Shown: piece by piece, positions 7,237 through 16,434 of the stretch | How positions within the stretch are numbered: the first letter of the stretch is position 1 | Layout of the letters: every line of letters begins with the position of its first letter | Origin: an uncultured virus (IMG/VR IMGVR_UViG_3300049489_000458) | Lineage: Duplodnaviria; Heunggongvirae; Uroviricota; Caudoviricetes | Virus record (IMG/VR): IMGVR_UViG_3300049489_000458 | Strand: one strand, 5' to 3' | DNA: 64,000 bases | Position numbers and translations under genes: made by a program | The notes under the pieces: model-generated | Database searches by the model: none | What the model saw: only the letters and a program-made list of their open reading frames with translations | What the model was told of the DNA's origin: nothing

Positions 7237-7572
7237 CTATAGATTTAACATATTCGATTTAGCATTATTTTCTTCAATAGTTAAATATTGTAAGTTCCAG
7301 GGCACATGTAGTCCACAGAACAAAGGGTGATTCCTAGGAACAATATGATCGACTTCATATCCTTTAGGTCTATTAGCGTAGATTTTAGCTAACTGCCATA
7401 TGTAATACTCGGAAATAGCTGATCCATATTTTTCGATATTTTTCAACCTTCTATTTCTTTTCTTTTTAGCTCTAATCATTCCTGGACGATGTTTACGTTT
7501 ACAATAAAGTTTAGTAGATCTTTTAGATTCAAATTCAATATTGCAATACTTGCATTTTTTAAGATAAGACAT
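7237..7572 (-). CDS. HNH endonuclease
   Basis: 'GYEVDHIVP...GLHVPWNLQYL...N..KSN' plus N-terminal CxxC; start taken at MSYLKKC. Confidence 0.85.
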   Translation of the reverse strand: MSYLKKCKYCNIEFESKRSTKLYCKRKHRPGMIRAKKKRNRRLKNIEKYGSAISEYYIWQLAKIYANRPKGYEVDHIVPRNHPLFCGLHVPWNLQYLTIEENNAKSNMLNL

Positions 7573-7585
7573 ACAACTTATTACA

Positions 7586-10500
7586 CTAGTCTCTATCATG
7601 TCTATCAGGATCTAGTATATCCAGGATATCACTCATTCTCTTATTTAGTTTTGATAGTTCGGCTTCTAGACCTTTAATTCGTTCCTCTGATTGTTCTTGT
7701 GTCCTAGTAAATGCAAGCTTTCCTCCCTGAATAAAATATACCTCACCATCTGGAGCATATGGAGTTGTTTCTTTAATCACTTCGTATTCAGTTGCAGGTG
7801 ACGATATAATTCTAATGATATTCATATATTATTACACTTTCTCTTTCATTAACTTAACATACTCATCAAAAAATTCCGCTTTAGGATAACCACTCATATC
7901 TAATTTATGTTCTTTAGCCATCTGTTCCAATACCTTATATTCCTTATATGAAACATAACGCATGGGAGACTTCATGCCTTTTTCCATTAATTTCTTAGTG
8001 GCCTTAATAAAATCATCTTCATTCATTTAAAACCCATCATTCCAATTCTTCTTATGCTGTTCAATAGAGTATACCAGATTTTCCATCTCTTTAGCCAGGA
8101 TTTTATATTCATCAGTGTATATACTTATTACACTAGACTTAATGGCGTCAGGTCTAGCCGCTACGCTACTCTCAAGTCTCATTAATTTTGCGACCAGTTC
8201 GGATTGTTTGACCCACGCCCTACCATGCAAATCCTGAAGTTTCTCCAAAGGAGACTTAGGTGCAGACTTAAATCCCATTAGATGGGCCAGCGCCAGGGAG
8301 CTTTGCGTTTGGCGCGTTGCTTGCGCCGGTCCGCCAGCCGTTCTTGTTTGGTGGCGACTATATTACGATAATTCACAATCATTAGCCATGTATATAAAAC
8401 AAAAGCTAAGATGAATGAACCTATGATAAAATAGAAATCCTGATCCATATACTTATTACACTATACCTTATCTACTTCCCAACCTTTTGAAAAGACACAA
8501 TCAGTATACGCCTTTTTTCGAAACTCTTCAACTCTCTGTTCACAAAACCAATAACGAAAATTTTCTAGATTCTGATCGTGGTATCCGATTGACGTATTCT
8601 TAACAGATTTACATTTACCCTTCAAAAGCATTTTAAGAGCTTTAGGAAATGTCATTTTAGTTTCTCCATTAGATCTTGTATATCCCATTTGATGACGGTA
8701 TATAGCTCGTCAAACCAGCCAATCACTTTAAACAACGACTGTGGCTCTTTAAACCTCAAAAGGCTTAAAGGGCGGGTAAACCCATAACGGCAGTCCCAAA
8801 GGCCAATGGCGAGGTCATTAGCCTCATCTAATGACATATCATTGTCTGGATGAGATAACCTCCTAGTAACAGATTGCTTACATTCAGGAGAATTGATATA
8901 CTCACGAAGCTCATGGTCAGCTAGATAAACACCTGTATACCGATAGATGAGAGATTTAAGTTTAAGATTCATAGATACACACCGAATAGTATTGTTATTA
9001 CCACCAAAGCCCCAATTACTAAATCAAGAGTAAATTTAAGTTCTTGTAATTCCTTGGATAGCTGCTGCATTGTTGGCTTTGTTTTAGCTTTAGTCTTTGA
9101 CATAATTATTACACTATCCTTTATTTATTGTTAAAGATATCATAGCGGCCTTTGGCACTAGACATTTTAAGTCTATCTCCACTCAGATACATTAAGCCAA
9201 TTGAGGTTAACGACTCGTTAGCTCCAGTACCGCTATAATAAATGTTAATACAAAGCTCGGGACGCCACCAACCGATAGGGCTATTGCTATGGGCATACTT
9301 TGTCCTAACAATCATATAATCTCATGGAGATCCTGAAAAGTCAACGAGTTTCCCATTCGTGATGACACTTAGTACATTTAGCAACTAATATTCCAGGAAA
9401 TGATTTAGCTTTACCAATGATCTGACCTTCACTGTTACACCAAGAACAAACTAAAGGCATACGCCGACAAGTACACTCAGGACAACCACGAGCTACATAC
9501 TCAGCTTCGTCCTTGCCTGACCATTGAGCATCACATGTACAACGATTATTCACGAATCATGTCCTTCTGACAGCCCATCTTCGCCATGCTGAACCCAATC
9601 AATATCTTCATTAGATTCGATTTCATAAGATTCAGGATTTGTCATTTTCTTTTCATATTATGCTTTAGATAATCTTCTTTCATTATCTTAGCGTTTAAAG
9701 AGGAATCGGCATCAAACAAAGTTAATCTAACTAATTCCTGATCAGGTGTGCCAACTGTAATAATACATTTATTCATCTCAAGTTCCATACGAGCAGCAGG
9801 ATCTGAACTATTATCTTTAATCCAGTTCAGTGCCATCTCTAGATCTTCAATTGAGACTCTCATCTACTCTTCTTCTTTTGGTCGCTTAATTTGACTATCA
9901 CGACGCCCATCAACAGTCTTATGACCAACTACTTTAGGAACACATACATAACCCTGACTAACTACCATCTCAGTAACCGTCTCAAACCCTTCAGAAGTAA
10001 TAGGTTCAGAAATCTTAGGATTAGGATTGTTGTGAAGATAAGTCACTTGACGAACCTCGGTAACAACCATACGCTGAGATTCTTGAGGCTGAGAAAGCTT
10101 ACCTGTATCTTGATACCGAAACATTATTTATTCCTTTGTGAAAGTTATTAATACAATCCTCTCATATTCCATATTCGAATACAAGTATTTATATTAGTTT
10201 TAAACAACTTAACCTTATATTCTTCGAACCCTGAACAATCTTCGACTAACTGGCCGATCTCATCCTTATACTGACCATTAAGAATGAGGACATGCTGACC
10301 ATACCAAGAAGGAGTACGAAATGTAGCACATCCAGCGACTACCATCAATAATAATGCTGCACCCGACAACTTAAAGTATATCATACTTTAAATGTTGTCT
10401 AGTAAGAGGAAGAATCACTGTAAAAATTTGCGATGGGTGGTTCATTCTTCTAGAACCTTATCACATTTCTTACAAACAAATTTAGCACGAGTAAATCCAA

Positions 10501-11275
10501 CATTAATGGAAATATGCTCACATTCATCACCTACATATACGGTTTTATATTCAGTAGCAAAACTATTATGTTCAGGATGTTCAACAATAGGACATTGCCC
10601 GGTCGGTAGAGAGGATGACTTTGGATGTATATAACCAAACGCATCTGTATAATAATCACCAGGAAGAGGCGGAAAAGGATTAGGAAATAAAGTTCCTTGA
10701 GTTCCTGATCCATCTGGTGCAGTCGGAGTTGATGCCGTTATTGGACCATTTGCTGGAGAGCTAGAAGTAGAAGTATTTGCTCCGAATAGTTCGAAAAAAT
10801 AGTCTTTATTCATCTTTATCCTCAGTTTGTTTCTTAATAACTTTCTTAGCTTCAATACGTTCAAGTCGATGGGTTTTAGTTTTAGTCCATCGACCAGGAC
10901 GCGCTCCATGATTACGAGAGATAGGTCTACGTCCCCAAAACTCATAACCAGGAGATTTACCTTTCATCTTAGAACGACTCATTACTTTCTTTCAAGAAGA
11001 TCAAATGTCGTATTAGTTGTATCTTCCATTTTCAATAAAGCACGAAGCACTTGGGCTTGTGCAAAATCTAAGGTGATCATTTGTTTAAGCAGATGATCTC
11101 GAAAAACCAATCCATTACCTGTATTTTCTAGCGAATAACCTAGCGTTCCGGGTTGAGTCCAACTCTTGTCTAATTTCGAATAGTTCATATTAATCACAGA
11201 ATCTCGTTTTGTAATATCATATAAACTCATTTCAGAACCGTTAGCCATACCAAGAATCAATAAACTCTTTTTCAT
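7586..11275 (-). other. Cluster of about 18 short, tightly packed hypothetical ORFs, including 8278..8448 and 10806..10967 (missing from the track) and a small lipoprotein (10148..10384)
   Basis: Overlapping start and stop codons, all on the minus strand; 10148..10384 has a VAGC lipobox. Confidence 0.7.
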
Positions 11276-11284
11276 TTTAAACTC

Positions 11285-11785
11285 CTAAAAAGTTATAATA
11301 CCATTATTAACAGAAAATGCACAATGTTGAGAATCTGTAGTATGATAAGAACCGTTATCTATTAACGATAGAAATCTATTACTTCCACTTTCAAAATACA
11401 CTAACAACTCTCCTGTACTTAATTTTAATATGATTTCATCAAATTGTCCAGGATTATCTCCGCATGGATCGATCAACTCGGCAATAGAATCCGTCCCGTT
11501 GCGTCCATCAAGACCAGGGAGACCATCCATTCCATCCTGACCATTAGTTCCGTTTGTAATCAGGACATTTGTTCCGTCTGTGCATAAAATCAGAGCACCG
11601 TTAGATGCCGCTTCAACCGAACAACTTGAACCATTGGTTCCATTAGTTCCAGCTTCGGTCCCGCTGCATCCGATAATATATTGTAAAATAATAATCAATA
11701 AAATATAAAACAGATATATTCGAATTCGATATGGATTATTTGAAAGTGATCGGGACTTAGGTTGATCTATTTTAATCTTATGCAT
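11285..11785 (-). CDS. Collagen-like (GXY) putative lipoprotein
   Basis: Hydrophobic stretch ending IIGC; GTNGTNG and GQDGMDGLPGLDGRNG repeats. Confidence 0.7.
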   Translation of the reverse strand: MHKIKIDQPKSRSLSNNPYRIRIYLFYILLIIILQYIIGCSGTEAGTNGTNGSSCSVEAASNGALILCTDGTNVLITNGTNGQDGMDGLPGLDGRNGTDSIAELIDPCGDNPGQFDEIILKLSTGELLVYFESGSNRFLSLIDNGSYHTTDSQHCAFSVNNGIITF

Positions 11786-12383
11786 GACGATTCTCTTTTT
11801 TGATATGTTTATTAAAAATTGAATTAATGTATTCGGATTTAGTTAAATCCATATCGATATAGTCGCGATAATCTTTATTATCGATAGTTAATACCTTATA
11901 TGTAGGAAAATTACGATTTAGATAGTTTTTGTATGTAAAACTATGAAATACTCTCAAAAACTTAGGTACAATGATTTTGTCAATTTTAGTTCCACCCGAT
12001 GAGAGAACATATAATTGCAGATTAGCATCCTCAACCTTGGTATAAGCGTACACAGTATGTCCTGCCTCTTTAAGAGATGTGTGTAGATTATGTAGAATAT
12101 CAGGATTGGGGTGTACCAGTACAATAGTCTTTCCTGAACTTGAAATAGTTTGAAAGAATGTTAGGGTGTTCTTTTCGTTATCGCGGGTAACGAAAATCGG
12201 TATGGTTAAATCGAATTTTCTAGCTTTCAACCAGATACGAATTACAGTTACGTTTCTCCAGTTATGCTCAAGATCAATACTGCTATAACTTACGAATTGT
12301 TTACCATTAAGATCCAATACAGCTTTCAGCATAATTACCCCTTTGCTTACTTGAAGTATATAATTATTTAAGATAAAAATCAA
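11778..12383 (-). CDS. Protein with a degenerate receiver (CheY-like) domain
   Basis: 'KTIVLVHPNPDILHNLHTSLKEAGHTVYAYTKVEDA...IDKIIV' follows the REC beta1-alpha1-beta2-alpha2-beta3 pattern. Confidence 0.5.
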   Translation of the reverse strand: MIFILNNYILQVSKGVIMLKAVLDLNGKQFVSYSSIDLEHNWRNVTVIRIWLKARKFDLTIPIFVTRDNEKNTLTFFQTISSSGKTIVLVHPNPDILHNLHTSLKEAGHTVYAYTKVEDANLQLYVLSSGGTKIDKIIVPKFLRVFHSFTYKNYLNRNFPTYKVLTIDNKDYRDYIDMDLTKSEYINSIFNKHIKKENRHA

Positions 12384-12619
12384 TTAGTATTTAATTTGAG
12401 TCTCTATTTGAGACACCGCTAATCAGGGTTTGTCTTAAAGAGAGAAGTTCCTCGCTTGTAGAGGCTGAGATTTTAATATCTTTACCATCAATTACAATAG
12501 TAAACCAATATGCAATTGAAGCACCTTTGACATTATGAATAATTGTTCTATCAGGAACTCCAATAAAACTAACTTTAAATACATCAACATAATGATCATT
12601 TAAATTAATTAATCTCATA

Positions 12620-13078
12620 TTATTTTCCTTCCAGAAAGAGTTTTTTTAAAAAATAGTCTCGATCTGCATTAAACCGAAAATCGTCCATCAAATATTCCTG
12701 CATAATCGTTGACTCAGTAGTGTGATCTAAATCTAAATCGCAATGTCCCAATTCGTGAACTAAAAGGATATATTTGCCAGATTCGGATAAAGATTCCCAA
12801 GCGATAGGATCGATTTCGATTAATCTTTGTCCAAAGGTCCAAATTAAACACACTCCGATATATTCGGTTGATGGTTTAAATTTAATGGAAACGGGTTTGA
12901 CCTTCTCTGTATTTAAATATAACAATTTATCAGCTTTATACTGATTCAAATATGAAATAAAACGAGAATCAACGTATACTGGTCCTAACTCTGGAAGATT
13001 CGGTGGAGCACAGGATGATAGTGTTAATGCTAATATTAAACTACTTAGACTTTTTATAAGGTACTGCATCTTTTCCAT
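12620..13078 (-). CDS. Zinc metalloprotease lipoprotein (metzincin-like)
   Basis: LSSC lipobox; HELGHCDLDLDH zinc motif followed by a Met-turn (TIM). Confidence 0.8.
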   Translation of the reverse strand: MEKMQYLIKSLSSLILALTLSSCAPPNLPELGPVYVDSRFISYLNQYKADKLLYLNTEKVKPVSIKFKPSTEYIGVCLIWTFGQRLIEIDPIAWESLSESGKYILLVHELGHCDLDLDHTTESTIMQEYLMDDFRFNADRDYFLKKLFLEGK

Positions 13079-13376
13079 TATGCTCTGCCATTCGTTTCAT
13101 ATTTTCTTGGTGAGAAACTGGTTCGAGATTACTAGCGGTGTCTTTTGTTCGATTACCGTCTTTATGGTCAACTTCTTTCGCCGATCCATGAAACGCTAAA
13201 GATACTAAAGTGTGAACAAACCTAGTATATCGCTTTCCATTTAACCGTAAATCTACTCTCATATACCCATCTTTATCGGTCCGAGGTGATAAGGTTTCAC
13301 CATTAGGCCCACGAACCACGCCTTGATCGCTAACTGTGTACCCAGGAAATCCAGGGATAGATTTTACTTCACTCAT
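13041..13376 (-). CDS. NUMOD4-HNH homing endonuclease
   Basis: 'IPGFPGYTVSDQGVVR' and 'VHTLVSLAF...VDHKDGNRTKD..SNLEPVS..EN'. Confidence 0.85.
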   Translation of the reverse strand: MSEVKSIPGFPGYTVSDQGVVRGPNGETLSPRTDKDGYMRVDLRLNGKRYTRFVHTLVSLAFHGSAKEVDHKDGNRTKDTASNLEPVSHQENMKRMAEHNGKDAVPYKKSK

Positions 13377-14855
13377 TTATCAATTCCAATCCGACTTAAC
13401 TCCTGGTTGACCGATTTTCGAACAACAAACGTGTCAACTTTAAGCCGAGTTTCAATATGTGGTGCCATTTTATCTGCAAGTTCCTCCTCTGTATATATAG
13501 CAATAACCTCATTAGTATTAGCATTAATAATAAGCCAAACAAATTTCATAACATTCTCCATAATTTAGTTTGATTTCCAATAATTCCAGTGTGGACCTTT
13601 TGAATAGATAAAAGTTGATCGGAATTGAAATACACAGGATCTCCTTCTTTTAACTGGAGTGGTATAAAATTGTGATGATATTCAATCAAATTAATAAGCT
13701 CTACGGTAGTCAGAATATTACTCTGAATAAAATATTCTTTTTGATCCAAAAATACCAGTCGATAATAATTTAATTCCATGTCTTTTTTTCCTCTTCTTCC
13801 ATCTGATCGGCATATTCTTCCATTGTCATAAGCTTAATTTTACCCTTAGCTATGGCATTTTGCAATTGTTTTGTTTGGTATCTTTTCTTTAAAGTCCAAA
13901 CCAAAACCACAAGTAACTCATAACAAAGAGATGATACTAGAAAATAGAGAAAAAATGTTAAAAAGCTCATATATTCCTTAATGCATATCAGGATCAGCGG
14001 TTTGTCCGGCTGCATATACTGTGTATTTATCACTCTCTTCAATCTGAGACAGAACTTCTTCGACATATTGTAATTTACCAACGACTAGTCCTACGATAGT
14101 ATCTTCAGAATCATCCATAGCAATACACCATCCTAATCGACTACAGGCTTCTTGAATTTCGTTAACTAGATCTTCTGGTGTTTTTTTCATTTTAATACCT
14201 CTATTTAGATAGTATCATGGCTGTTTAATACTGTCAACAATAATCCAACACTCACTAGAAATGAAGAAAACTGTAATAGAAATAATGAAAATTCTGACGC
14301 AATCACAGAAATACAAAGAAAAATAGCAGAAATGAGATAAGTCATATATTTATTCATCGTCTTTCCCTTTATTAAAAAATAACACATGTACGATTCTACA
14401 TTTATCTAAAGTTCCACCAAAGGGATTTAATAGATTGTCATAGGTAAGGATCATCTATTCTCCCGTATTAGTTTTCATAATATCTATAACTTCAAGTAAT
14501 GCGTCGATTTTTTCTTCTTTATTCAATCGTCTAAAGAATACCGTTGACATGGTTTGATAAAGTTCGAATCTATCAGTTAAAACGTCCATTCGAAACTCAC
14601 CTTCTGATCCCGAACAATTTTGATCATTCCCGTTATCCATCCACCGTACTCTTTAACTTTCTTAGGGACATATTTTTTTTCTAAATCTTGAGCTATTTTA
14701 TCTGTCCCTGTTTGCAGATAAGTAGCTTTAACTAGGGCATTATAAGCGTCGTGGGTTTTCGAAGCTGGACTTCTTGTTGTACTGATATTAATAGCTGTCG
14801 CTAATACAAAGATACCCAACATCCCCATTCTATCTTCCTTTTTGTCGTAACGCAA
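13373..14855 (-). other. Cluster of short hypothetical ORFs, several hydrophobic
   Basis: Seven ORFs of 60-103 aa with coupled starts and stops. Confidence 0.6.
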
Positions 14856-15492
14856 TCTGTTTTAATAGTTCTCCAGTAAAAAGAGCAGCAGCCTGAGAAC
14901 TGCCACTTAATGTTTTCCCAAAGGCTGTTCGATTTTGACCATTAAATGTCATATCCACAATTTTGCCGTAATTTGATGAAAAATGAGAACTACCTATTAC
15001 ATAAATCCTATTATCATAACATGCTGGGAAATATTGGCAGTTTTGATCAAGATTATCTGAATTATTGCCTGAAGCAAAAACTAATGTAACTTTTTCTTTA
15101 AGTAGAATATTAACAATTTTTCGTTCTTTCTCATCAGACCCTGATCCTCCACTACTTAAATTGATAATATTAACACCAATGGATTGAGCGTATTCTAATG
15201 CGGCTGTGATATATTGTCGTTTGTGCCATTGAGTTGCATATGCTTTAATCAGAACAATACAATAATTCGAATTTTGAGCAGAATTAACAATTAATCCTGT
15301 AACATTAGTACCATGTCCATGATAGTCATATAATCCTTCTCCGCTAAAATCCTTATGTCCCGATTGACATAAAGGTATAAATTTTAGATAGGAAGGATCG
15401 ATTCCTGTGTCGATAACCGCAACTTTAATCATAGTAGACGCTAAGATATTGAAACTAAAGGTAATTAATATAAAATATATTAATTTTTGCAT
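14830..15492 (-). CDS. Secreted subtilisin-like (S8) serine protease
   Basis: Signal peptide; VAVIDTG, HGHGTNV, ASGN, GSSQAA motifs. Confidence 0.9.
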   Translation of the reverse strand: MQKLIYFILITFSFNILASTMIKVAVIDTGIDPSYLKFIPLCQSGHKDFSGEGLYDYHGHGTNVTGLIVNSAQNSNYCIVLIKAYATQWHKRQYITAALEYAQSIGVNIINLSSGGSGSDEKERKIVNILLKEKVTLVFASGNNSDNLDQNCQYFPACYDNRIYVIGSSHFSSNYGKIVDMTFNGQNRTAFGKTLSGSSQAAALFTGELLKQIALRQKGR

Positions 15493-15512
15493 ATGGGTAT
15501 CTCCTAGATTGT

Positions 15513-15541
15513 ATAATAACTCAGAAAATAGATATTGTCAA
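15513..15541 (-). promoter_or_regulatory. Sigma-70 promoter
   Basis: TTGACA-N17-TATTAT upstream of the AGGAG RBS of the S8 protease. Confidence 0.75.
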
Positions 15542-15544
15542 TAT

Positions 15545-15557
15545 GTTAACAAATATA
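15545..15557 (+). promoter_or_regulatory. Putative late promoter GTTAACAAATATA (1 of 6)
   Basis: Identical 13-mer at the start of the packaging operon. Confidence 0.7.
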
Positions 15558-15708
15558 ATTAAGGATTCGTAAAGGTAAGAAGCACTGTCCTTTTTAGGAC
15601 TATTAGCGCAAGCAACTATGCTGTTACACCGATACCTATCTGATTTTTTACCCCAAATGGGATAAAAAGAAAATACCCCACAAAAGCGGGTAAAAAAAAG
15701 GATGTTAT

Positions 15709-15984
15709 ATGTTAGAGAAACTAAGATCTCTTCAAATTAATTTTGCCCTTGTTGCATTTGTCTGTTTCACTTTCAAGGTTCTTATATTTAGTGCGTCTAT
15801 GCCAGAAAGTATAATACTTTTAGGACTAGGTAGCCTCTATGGTTATACCCAATATCTAAAACGATTTCAGCCATATAAACTCGATGATGCCGTTATGCGA
15901 GATCTTATGGAAATGAAAAGTGCATTGACCAAACTCAATATGATTCGAGCAACTGAGAAAATGCAAGATAAGAAATATTTTTAA
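15709..15984 (+). CDS. Small membrane protein
   Basis: Two hydrophobic segments; AAGGA RBS. Confidence 0.7.
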   Translation: MLEKLRSLQINFALVAFVCFTFKVLIFSASMPESIILLGLGSLYGYTQYLKRFQPYKLDDAVMRDLMEMKSALTKLNMIRATEKMQDKKYF

Positions 15985-15993
15985 GGTTTATCT

Positions 15994-16434
15994 ATGGCCG
16001 ATAAATCTTTAATTTTATTACAACAAGAAAATCTTGAACTTAAAAAAGAAAATCAAGGATTACAGGAGACTGTAACTAAATTAATTGAAGAACTTAATCG
16101 ACTTCAAGGAATTGAACGAAGGCCAATTGTTACGACTAATGCCGACAAAATTGTTCGTAGTATTGAAGAAGAAATTATTGAAGAACAAATTAAAAGATTG
16201 GATATGGTATCTAGAGGCCAAACTCTTTCATTAGAAGAAGTTAGAGCTTTAGATTTACTTATTAAGAATAAAAAACTGATAGATATCAATAAGGTGATTG
16301 AGCCCGATTACACAAAGATTCCAGAAGGACAGACCGAATTGGATCTTTTACAATTAGCAGGAAATGATGAACCAGAGGCCGATACAAAAAGTAAGCCCAG
16401 AACAAAGACAAGCCAGAAAAATACTCTGGCATAA
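15994..16434 (+). CDS. Probable terminase small subunit
   Basis: Position immediately upstream of TerL; coiled-coil; no diagnostic motif. Confidence 0.45.
   Translation: MADKSLILLQQENLELKKENQGLQETVTKLIEELNRLQGIERRPIVTTNADKIVRSIEEEIIEEQIKRLDMVSRGQTLSLEEVRALDLLIKNKKLIDINKVIEPDYTKIPEGQTELDLLQLAGNDEPEADTKSKPRTKTSQKNTLA

Noticed and set aside
10442..10945. 167-aa ORF as listed in the track
   Set aside because: The 5' part overlaps a better 53-aa ORF (10806..10967); the real start is probably MNKDYFF near 10813
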